The notes: a model not told the origin generated them from the letters alone. A stretch of DNA of 57,768 nucleotides from Clostridiales bacterium (GCA_031263985.1 JAISER010000013.1:1-57768); one strand, 5' to 3'. Counted from the stretch's first letter, positions 25,805 through 33,209 are shown. Program-made: numbers and translations.

Positions 25805-26307
25805 ACGCTTTCCAGTTCCTCCGTGTCAAATGAGCAAATGTTTCTTCGTAAAGCGCTTTCCAGTAATTCTAGCCGCGTCACATATATTGTTCTTAATTTG
25901 TTTTTTATTTTAAATATGCTTTCGCCGCGCGTCGCCGCGCTGTTTATGACTATTTTTTTAATCGTTTTGTCGGGGTAATATTCGCTGGATTCGTCAAGGC
26001 ATTGAATGTCAGGTAATTCTATGCGCCAATAGAGGCGGGAAACCTGCTTTTCCTCTTCCACTAAAACGACGGCTTTATATTCGCGTTTTTGATTATAAAT
26101 TTCAATCACTGACTTAAACTCGTCGCTGAACGCATGGAGCGGCGATTCGATAAAATCGGGATAATTGACGTTTTTAGCTTCTTTTACGCAAAAAACGCTG
26201 ATATCCGCGGCTTTATTAGGGGGATCATTAGCGGAACTGATTATTTTGGGCATATTCGCCATATTTGAGCATTGTTTAATTAGAAAATATTTCCCTATTA
26301 CAGCCAA
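25801..26307 (-). CDS. Hypothetical 168-aa protein (adaptor/chaperone or immunity-like); partner gene of the DUF4280 effectors
   Basis: TTG start 7 nt after AAGGTGA, overlapping both neighbours. No signal peptide. Decayed copies precede the other two effector genes. Family not recognised with confidence (DUF1629/Imm-like pattern is only an impression). Confidence 0.6.
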   Translation of the reverse strand: MAVIGKYFLIKQCSNMANMPKIISSANDPPNKAADISVFCVKEAKNVNYPDFIESPLHAFSDEFKSVIEIYNQKREYKAVVLVEEEKQVSRLYWRIELPDIQCLDESSEYYPDKTIKKIVINSAATRGESIFKIKNKLRTIYVTRLELLESALRRNICSFDTEELESV

Positions 26308-27440
26308 ATTATATCACCTTTTTGATCATCAGTCAGGGTCTCGTTATTTTTGTATTCATTATCTATAACGGCGCCTTTAAGGTTGGCGCCCGTAAAATCG
26401 CAACTATGTAAATCAGCGCCTCTAAAATCGCAGTCGGCGAAGTTTCCGTAAGACAGGTTGGCTGAATTTAGCCGCGCGTCTTTGAAGCTCGTTTTTATAA
26501 AGAACAGTTCGGCCATGTCGTCGCCGGGCGCGGCGGCGCAGTTGACGCGCGTTAAATTGGCGTGATTGAGCGAAGAGCCAGTGAAATTGCATTCCGCTAT
26601 GTCGCTTCCCGTTAAGTTGACTCTGTCCATATCGCAGTTTAGAAATTTAGCTCCTTTAAGGTTGCAAAAACCCATATCGCATTGCGCGAACGACACGTTT
26701 TGGAAACGCGAACGCATCATACTCACCCCGGAGTAGTCGGCGCGAGAAATGTCCAAATCTTTGTAATGCCTGAAAACATAGGCGTAATCATACTTTTGCT
26801 CAAAAAATTTCTTTACGTCCTCGTCGATGTTAAAGCTTTCGTCTTCGAGCCATACGCTTTCAGTCAAATCAAAATACTCCCCTACCCTTATATCGAACAA
26901 ATCATTTTTTTTGATAAGCCGGAATTCTTCAAGAGAGGCTATTTCATCCGCGCATTTACGGCAAACCGCTGTCAGATATTTGATATATTCCGGAAATTTG
27001 TCGTAGGCTATTTTTTCAACGTCATAGCGCGTAACCGCGCCGGCGTATTTTTTGCCCGTTTCTTCCAGTTCTCGCTCATATTGAGACAGGCCGGAAAAGA
27101 GCCAGTTGGCCAAATATTCGTTCTCGACCGGCTTTGCGTCGGCATACCAATTTTTGTTGTACGCCGTTAAAAGGCACCTTGAGTTTTTAAGCTTTACGCC
27201 GCTTCGCAAAGCGCTCAGAGCGACGAAAGCCGTCTTTTCTTCTCCATTGTCCAGTTTGTCTTCGCTTTCACGCTGAAAGCTCTCTATTTTGATGAAAATC
27301 TCTTTGAAACAATGAACAATGCCAGCGAGTATATCGTCAAAATTTTCGTTTATGTATGTTCTTAATTCCTTCATTTTCTCTATATGAAGCGGATTGGCTT
27401 CATTATTTTTAAAACTGTCTATAACGTCCTCTCGAGACAT
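26298..27440 (-). CDS. Pentapeptide-repeat protein with ~230-aa unknown N-terminal domain
   Basis: The C-terminal ~140 aa is made of tandem A(D/N)LXX pentapeptides (ANLSYGNFADCDFRGADLHSCDFTGANLKGA). The start ATG directly abuts the stop of the VgrG-like gene (TAGATG). Confidence 0.85.
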   Translation of the reverse strand: MSREDVIDSFKNNEANPLHIEKMKELRTYINENFDDILAGIVHCFKEIFIKIESFQRESEDKLDNGEEKTAFVALSALRSGVKLKNSRCLLTAYNKNWYADAKPVENEYLANWLFSGLSQYERELEETGKKYAGAVTRYDVEKIAYDKFPEYIKYLTAVCRKCADEIASLEEFRLIKKNDLFDIRVGEYFDLTESVWLEDESFNIDEDVKKFFEQKYDYAYVFRHYKDLDISRADYSGVSMMRSRFQNVSFAQCDMGFCNLKGAKFLNCDMDRVNLTGSDIAECNFTGSSLNHANLTRVNCAAAPGDDMAELFFIKTSFKDARLNSANLSYGNFADCDFRGADLHSCDFTGANLKGAVIDNEYKNNETLTDDQKGDIIWL

Positions 27441-28859
27441 CTAATTGGTTTTAACCTCCTTGCCTTTGATAACGATATCGTCAGACATCTTGATAGAGCT
27501 GCCCTTGGATATAATATTCAATTTCTCTTGCGCTTCTATATTTATGTTGCGCGCCTTCATCTCTATATCATTTGACGCTGTCAGCGATATCTTATCGTTA
27601 CTGTTAAGGTTTACGCTGCCGTCATCGTTCATGCTCATAAATACAGTTCCGTCCTTGGCTATGATGTCTATGCCGTCAGGACGCAGCTTTATCTCTTTGC
27701 CAAACGCCGTTCTAAGATATTTCACATCAGGATCAGCCATGCGATGTTCCGGGTCCAATTGTTCGACGTTTTCATTAGGGTCATGGGGCTTTACGGAACT
27801 TATCGCCATAGCCTCGTCTTCAGAGTTTTTCGGGTGGTACAGCCTTATGATGTCGCCTTTTTCCGGCATGCAATACCATCCGGTCTCTTCTTTAGACGCG
27901 TACATGCTGGCGTAAGGATACCAAAAAGCTTTGGCGACGTCTTGAGTTTCATCTATTTCGAGATGTATTTTAATGTTGTCGCGGGCCACGTCCAAAACCT
28001 TGCCGAATATTGAGCAGCCTGATATATTGTCATTGGGGACGAACGGCGTCAGAGTCCCGTTTTTTAAGGATAGCTCGCACTCATTTTTTATAACCGCGTC
28101 TTCATATTCAAAGCTGGTCTCAACAACGTGCATAGGGAGCGTGTTAAACGTTACGCCGTCTCCCAAGCTGAAAAATTTCTCCGTCTCCAGATGAATATAT
28201 GCGAAGTCAGATGAGGAAACGCTGGGAACGTCGCTTAATATGGCTCTATAGGCGTTTAAATCCTTTTCTATCATATAATTCCACGCCATCAAGCTTCCCT
28301 TCGCGGTGTCGGGCAGTCCGAAATAGAATTGAGGCCCCTTGCCTCTTATGTCAGGTATCAGAGGAACGTTGAAATGGCTCGCCACGCGCTTTAAAAATTC
28401 CCAATCAGTTTCGTTATATTGTATAATCGGTTTTCCTATCTTCTTGCCGTTCGTGGTTTTGTCCATAAAGCTTGCGTTAGGGTAGTCTTGCGTTATAGTT
28501 TTCACGAGATCTTCATAGGTCATATTTTTATCCTGGAAGGATTTGCTTTCGGATTCTATGTCCATCAAGTAGGTGTGCGATAAGCATGTTAATTCGACGT
28601 AATTAACGGAACGTATGGTTTTAACCGCGGCGCGCGTTATTACGCCGGTAAAGATGGTCTCACCGAAATTAGAGGCTTCGACGGATCTGTTTAACGTCAG
28701 TTTGTCCGCGTAATTGTCCTTGTCTTCCTCTTCAAGCCTGGCGCAAAGCGTTAGCGTGGAATGTTCGTTTAGCGTTTGAAATATTTTAAGGCTTAGGATG
28801 GTCAATTCCTCAAAACCCTTTAACACTATGTCGCCGTGCAATATTATATTGTCAGACAT
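27441..28859 (-). CDS. VgrG-like spike protein (phage late-control gpD/gp27-like + gp5 OB-fold + C-terminal beta-helix)
   Basis: IQYNETDWEFLKRVASHFNVPLIPD is the gpD/VgrG hallmark region. GKVLDVARDNIKIHLEIDE...WYPYASMYAS..GWYCMPEKGDIIRLYHP..DEAMAISSV is a gp5/gpV OB-fold. The tail has repetitive beta-strand units (DGIDIIAKDGTVFMSMNDDGSVNLNSNDKISLTASNDIEMKA..). RBS AAGGGAG. Confidence 0.8.
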   Translation of the reverse strand: MSDNIILHGDIVLKGFEELTILSLKIFQTLNEHSTLTLCARLEEEDKDNYADKLTLNRSVEASNFGETIFTGVITRAAVKTIRSVNYVELTCLSHTYLMDIESESKSFQDKNMTYEDLVKTITQDYPNASFMDKTTNGKKIGKPIIQYNETDWEFLKRVASHFNVPLIPDIRGKGPQFYFGLPDTAKGSLMAWNYMIEKDLNAYRAILSDVPSVSSSDFAYIHLETEKFFSLGDGVTFNTLPMHVVETSFEYEDAVIKNECELSLKNGTLTPFVPNDNISGCSIFGKVLDVARDNIKIHLEIDETQDVAKAFWYPYASMYASKEETGWYCMPEKGDIIRLYHPKNSEDEAMAISSVKPHDPNENVEQLDPEHRMADPDVKYLRTAFGKEIKLRPDGIDIIAKDGTVFMSMNDDGSVNLNSNDKISLTASNDIEMKARNINIEAQEKLNIISKGSSIKMSDDIVIKGKEVKTN

Positions 28860-28886
28860 TTATAATCACTCCCTTCGATATATCTT

Positions 28887-29492
28887 TTACAGCGCTTCCG
28901 TTGTTTTCATAATGCCGTAAAAAAGAGGCTTCATACGTTCCGTATCTTTTTTAAGACAGTTTAAGTTGCAGGCGAAAAGTTTGCCTTTAAGCGACAAGAT
29001 AAACACAAGATTGTACATTTGCCCGCCTATCACGAAGTTTTCGAACGAATAATACGCTATAGCGTGTTCGCCGCTCATAAAATGGCCTTTATCGGTTATT
29101 TTGGACGCGGGGTTGACAGCCGAGTAGGCGGCTATCATATAGTCCCTTACGCTGACGACGTCCTCTTCCTTTACGTTCTCTTGCGTATGATTTAACCCTA
29201 TGTTTACGGAGTCCTTTTTGTCCATATATATTATTTGGGGCCGCGATTCGACGGGATATTTAACCTTGGCGGCTTTGGCCGGCATTTTTATGAAGTCGGC
29301 GGGGATACGCATTTTTATTTCGCCGTCAAAAAACAGCGACTCCGTCATATCCATATCAAGCTCGTTCAGCGAAACATGAAGATTTTTTATCTGTTCAATC
29401 ATATCTTCCAATAGCCGGTCTTGGTCTTCTTGATTCTTTTTATTTTGTTCAATCATATTGACTATGAATTCATCCATAAACTGTTCTTCCAC
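28887..29492 (-). CDS. Hypothetical 201-aa protein, first gene of the spike operon (possible DcrB/DUF1795-like chaperone)
   Basis: GTG start 6 nt after GAAGGAGG. Acidic coiled-coil N-terminus followed by an alpha/beta domain. The DUF1795-like call is a weak impression only. Confidence 0.55.
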   Translation of the reverse strand: MEEQFMDEFIVNMIEQNKKNQEDQDRLLEDMIEQIKNLHVSLNELDMDMTESLFFDGEIKMRIPADFIKMPAKAAKVKYPVESRPQIIYMDKKDSVNIGLNHTQENVKEEDVVSVRDYMIAAYSAVNPASKITDKGHFMSGEHAIAYYSFENFVIGGQMYNLVFILSLKGKLFACNLNCLKKDTERMKPLFYGIMKTTEAL

Positions 29493-29604
29493 GACGCGCC
29501 TCCTTCAGTTTTGTACGTTTTGAGGATTAAACTGTCCTGCAATTTTAAGTTCTTTTTGTAAAATAAGCGAAAAATCCATTTTCAGCTTATATCTTAATAC
29601 TATC

Positions 29605-29700
29605 AGCGCGTACAGGCGCTGTCAACGAGCCGAGACGATCTTCTGGGCAAAACGCCGTTTTTATCAGCGGTTCCGCTATGACGACCGATATCGACAAATA
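29605..29700 (+). pseudogene. Possible relic of a holin 5' end
   Basis: 16-nt exact match gtacaggcgctgtcaa (29610-29625) to the intact holin gene (30150-30165). Patchy similarity follows (ttctgggc, ccgct..atg) with indels and stops. Confidence 0.3.
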
Positions 29701-29979
29701 TAGGATAGTATTAAAAAATATTTTTAATTGTGATAGCGTTGATATAACGCCGATCAGTCGTTCATTACGCGTGACCGCATAAGCGCGCTCCGCACGGATC
29801 CTCGCGCGAATCCCTTTCCATATATTCGCAATATAATATAATCTCTGACCCGTTGTCAAGATATGTGTAACGAACAGCGGTTTTTTTGTAACGAACGGAG
29901 CGGCGGCAAAAAATAATATTATTTACGCCGCGTCTTTAGAGCGCTCAGATAATGGACTTCAGAAAAAAATTAATATGAA

Positions 29980-30093
29980 TATCCAATCGTTTCATGAAGC
30001 CGCGCGAATGCGCGGCGTGGGGTCCGGGGTCGAAGACCCCGGCGGGGTTTGGGGCGGAGTCCCAAGGTCTTTATGATTTGTCTGGATAGTTAT
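29980..30093. repeat. Dispersed intergenic repeat (family of 13190..13266) with an extra hairpin module
   Basis: atccaatcgtttcatgaagccgcgcgaatgcgcggcg + inserted ggtccggggtcgaagaccccgg hairpin + gggtttggggcggagtcccaaggtctttatgatttgtctggatagttat. Confidence 0.85.
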
Positions 30094-30128
30094 TAAAATT
30101 AATTGGATTTAAGTGAGGAACGTACTAT

Positions 30129-30521
30129 ATGAAAGACATGAGAATAACGGTACAGGCGCTGTCAAGCGCGGCGGGGGCTTTTCTAGGCTGGTTTCTGGGC
30201 GGGTTGGACGGATCGGTCGCCGCTTTAGCTATGTTTACGTCGGCTGATGTCGTAACGGGCGTTATGTGCGGAATACGCAATAAAAACCTGTCCAGCGAAA
30301 AAAGTTGGCCAGGCATATCTAAAAAGATACTTACGTTTATAATGGTAGGCGTAGCGCATACCATCGACGCTTACATAATCGGCGAAGGACAGGCTTTCCG
30401 TATGGCGACCGTATTTTTTTATCTGGCGCATGAGGGGTTGTCGCTTGTTGAAAACGCCGCGATAATCGGATTGCCTGTTCCCGAGAAGATAAAAGACGCG
30501 CTGGCGCAACTGAGAAAATAA
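30129..30521 (+). CDS. Phage-type holin (holin family 4 / toxin-secretion-lysis holin type)
   Basis: 130 aa with 3-4 TM segments. Sequence is typical of LL-H/TcdE-class holins (SADVVTGV..., ISKKILTFIMVGVAHTID, FFYLAHEGLSLVENAAIIGLPVP). RBS TGAGGAA. No endolysin or other phage gene is adjacent. Confidence 0.8.
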   Translation: MKDMRITVQALSSAAGAFLGWFLGGLDGSVAALAMFTSADVVTGVMCGIRNKNLSSEKSWPGISKKILTFIMVGVAHTIDAYIIGEGQAFRMATVFFYLAHEGLSLVENAAIIGLPVPEKIKDALAQLRK

Positions 30522-30604
30522 GTTAGGACCGCGCCGGCGCGTCACGATGAGTCCGAAGGAGCCTAACCGTCGCGCGAAAGCTTCTGACAAATGGCGGAAC
30601 TTTG

Positions 30605-32257
30605 TCATTCAAAACAGCTTCCGCCGATAAATTCCCTTAAAATTGAGTTTGTGGGAACCTGATGACTGTCCACGCTTAAGAAGCTGTCCAAGAACTTCAC
30701 GAGCCTTCTGGCTTCGGTATATTCGGGCCAGCTTCTATTTATTTGAAACAGATGGGGTTCGGCGTAGTGCTTTAATATGCACATTTCGTATATAAGCGCG
30801 GAGTTGAAAAAGACGTCGGCCTCTTTTTGATACGGGAATATGAACTGCGTTTCGCCGCGCACGACGCTGGGCCATACGGACAAAGTCGTGCGGGAATCGA
30901 AGCCTCTGCGCCTGCTGTCGCGCACAATGCGCCTTATCAGTCGCGTATCTGTAGTCGATATATAGTTGTGGTCATCCATATTAAGCTGCGTAAGCGCGCT
31001 TATGAATATTTTAAATTTGTCTTTGTCGTCTATCTGCCCGTTGACGCGCGAATTAAGGGCGTGTATCCCTTCGATTACGAGTATGTCGTTTTCGCCAAGC
31101 TGCAAAAACTTCCCTTTGTATTCGCGAGAACCCGTTAAAAAGTTGAAGGTCGGCATTTCGACGCGTTCGCCGGCGATAAGAGCCTTGAGATGCGCGTTGA
31201 TCGTTTCGACGTCTATAGCGTCCACGCTTTCAAAATTCGGTTTGCCGAATTCATCGAGGGGCGCTTCGGCGGGTCCCAAAAAATAGTTGTCCAGTGAAAT
31301 CATGCTTGGTTTAAAGCCGTTTACGCGCAGTTGGACGCAAAGCCTCTGCGCGAACGTCGTCTTGCCGGAGGACGACGGACCGGCTATGAACACGACTTTT
31401 TTACTGTCGGCGCAAATATTGTCGGCTATATTGGCCGTCTTTTTTTCGTGCAGCGCCTCGGAGACGAGTATCAGATTATCCAGCTTGTTGTCGCAGATAG
31501 CGTTGTTAAGCGAGCCGACGTTACCGACCTCTAATATTCGCGCCCACTTGTTGGACTCGCGAAAAATTTGAAAGACTTTATCCACTAAGGCGATTTCGCC
31601 TATAGCGTCTAAATTGGACGGTGACGGAAATAGCAACAAAAAGCCGCTGTTTTTAGGTCGCAGTTTAAACTGGGTAATATACCCCGCGGACGGCGCCATA
31701 GGCGCATAAAAATAGTCCCAAAACCAATCGAGACGATAGAAATTTACATTTGACGTGCGCCTGTACAACATATAATCGGCCTTGTCTTGGAGATTAAAAC
31801 GCTTCGCCAACTCCATCGCGTACTCGACGCTTATCGAAAATTTCTCTATAGGCGTGTTTCCGTCAACAGTGTCGCGCATTTTAAGTTCAATAGACTCAAG
31901 CAACTCTTCGGTAATGTCAATATCTTCGTCAGGTATGGAACAATAGTAATTTTTGTTTATGGAATGCTCCACTACTACGCGCGTTTTTTCGCCAAGAACG
32001 GCTTTGGCGGCGTACAGCATCAGGAAAACGGCCGATCTTTGATATATGCGAAATCCATTCGGGTCGCTTATGTCTAAGAATTCGATGTCGCATGGGCGCG
32101 TAACGGCGTTTCCCAATTCTTGCAGTTCATTATCGACCTTAGCCAAAATTATAGGACGTTTGAACATGCGTTGATAATCTTTTGAGATTTCGAGCAGAGA
32201 CGATCCGCGCGGCGTGTCTCTGCGTTCGCCCATGACAGTTGTTTTAATCGTTTCCAA
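30605..32257 (-). CDS. Uridine-kinase/PRK-family nucleoside kinase with N-terminal TGS/ThrRS-like domain
   Basis: 550 aa. P-loop FIAGPSSSGKTTFAQRL in the C-terminal half, and a typical clostridial udk-like fusion architecture. TTG start at 32257, with ATG 32233 as an alternative. Confidence 0.75.
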   Translation of the reverse strand: METIKTTVMGERRDTPRGSSLLEISKDYQRMFKRPIILAKVDNELQELGNAVTRPCDIEFLDISDPNGFRIYQRSAVFLMLYAAKAVLGEKTRVVVEHSINKNYYCSIPDEDIDITEELLESIELKMRDTVDGNTPIEKFSISVEYAMELAKRFNLQDKADYMLYRRTSNVNFYRLDWFWDYFYAPMAPSAGYITQFKLRPKNSGFLLLFPSPSNLDAIGEIALVDKVFQIFRESNKWARILEVGNVGSLNNAICDNKLDNLILVSEALHEKKTANIADNICADSKKVVFIAGPSSSGKTTFAQRLCVQLRVNGFKPSMISLDNYFLGPAEAPLDEFGKPNFESVDAIDVETINAHLKALIAGERVEMPTFNFLTGSREYKGKFLQLGENDILVIEGIHALNSRVNGQIDDKDKFKIFISALTQLNMDDHNYISTTDTRLIRRIVRDSRRRGFDSRTTLSVWPSVVRGETQFIFPYQKEADVFFNSALIYEMCILKHYAEPHLFQINRSWPEYTEARRLVKFLDSFLSVDSHQVPTNSILREFIGGSCFE

Positions 32258-32399
32258 ATAATCAACGTCTTCCTTTACTGTAGAATGTAAATCAATAGCC
32301 GTCCTGGAACGGATTCACGAGTGGATTTTTCGCAAGGCTAAGGAAACGCAAGCTGGAAAATCCGCCGAGCGTACGCCGGAGTCAGGTTTCAGGACAGGT

Positions 32400-33209
32400 C
32401 TAATGAACAAGCCTGATTGTGGCGCCGTCGAATTCGGACGCGAACGCCCGCGCGTCAAAACCGTTTTGATTAAAATATTCGTTCAGCAGATCGCGGATAA
32501 CCGGCGTTATTATAACTTCGCTATCATAATGGGTAAGCCCTATAAGGCCGATGTCGGAGTCAACGGCGTTCTGCGCGAAATGGTGAGTGACGTCTCCGGT
32601 GACATAAAAGTCGCAGCCTTTATCTATAGCGAAACGGAGCATATCGGATCCGGCGCCGGAACAAACCCCCGCGCGTTTGACCATTTTTTTAGAATCCCCC
32701 GAGACTGTCGCGAATTCCGCGTTTAAGACGTTTTTGATCTTTACGGCGATTTCGTGAAGCGGCGTTTCGTTCGGCAGAACGCCCACTCGTCCGACGCCCC
32801 ATTTATATCCGTCGAGGCGCGAAGGAGCCAACGGCTCTATGTCAATCAGTCCTATAGCGTCGCAAAGCGCGTCGTTAACGCCGCCTTCCGCCGCGTCAAG
32901 GCTTGTGTGCGCCGAATAGACGGCCGTTTCGTTTTTTATAAGCGACAACAGCCTTCGGCCGGCCGCGTCGTCGCCCGTAACGCTTTTTAATCCGCGAAAT
33001 ATCAAAGGATGGTGCGTGATAATCATGTCCGCTCGCATCTTTTCGGCTTCCAGAGCCACGCCGTCGTTTATTTCCAACGCGACGAGCGCCCTTTTCACGA
33101 CTTTCTCGCGTGATCCGAGCATAAAACCCATATTATCCCATTCTTCTTTTAAGCGCTCGGGTGCGAAAGCTTCCATCGCGTTTATTATATCTTGGCACGT
33201 CGTTTTCAT
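32400..33209 (-). CDS. Nif3-like dinuclear-metal-centre protein (YqfO/GTP cyclohydrolase 1 type 2 family)
   Basis: 269 aa with conserved WDN.G, ITHHP and HYDSE-type metal-ligand motifs of the NIF3 family. Confidence 0.88.
   Translation of the reverse strand: MKTTCQDIINAMEAFAPERLKEEWDNMGFMLGSREKVVKRALVALEINDGVALEAEKMRADMIITHHPLIFRGLKSVTGDDAAGRRLLSLIKNETAVYSAHTSLDAAEGGVNDALCDAIGLIDIEPLAPSRLDGYKWGVGRVGVLPNETPLHEIAVKIKNVLNAEFATVSGDSKKMVKRAGVCSGAGSDMLRFAIDKGCDFYVTGDVTHHFAQNAVDSDIGLIGLTHYDSEVIITPVIRDLLNEYFNQNGFDARAFASEFDGATIRLVH

Noticed and set aside
29587-29859. 90-aa minus-strand ORF in the non-coding region upstream of the spike operon
   Set aside because: It has a TTG start without an RBS and no recognisable features. 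The region instead shows traces of a decayed plus-strand holin copy.
21444-30521. Interpretation of the VgrG-like gene + holin + muralytic enzymes as a (defective) prophage lysis/tail module
   Set aside because: There are no capsid, terminase, portal, tape-measure, sheath, tube, integrase or repressor genes in the window. The muralytic domains are fused to PAAR-like DUF4280-type domains and arranged as a polymorphic array with a lipoprotein immunity candidate. That is effector logic rather than endolysin logic. A distant phage-tail origin is still likely.
30522-30604. GC-rich palindrome gcgccggcgc between the holin and the kinase gene as a terminator
   Set aside because: It is a 10-nt perfect palindrome without a loop or T-tract, so it is not convincing as an intrinsic terminator.
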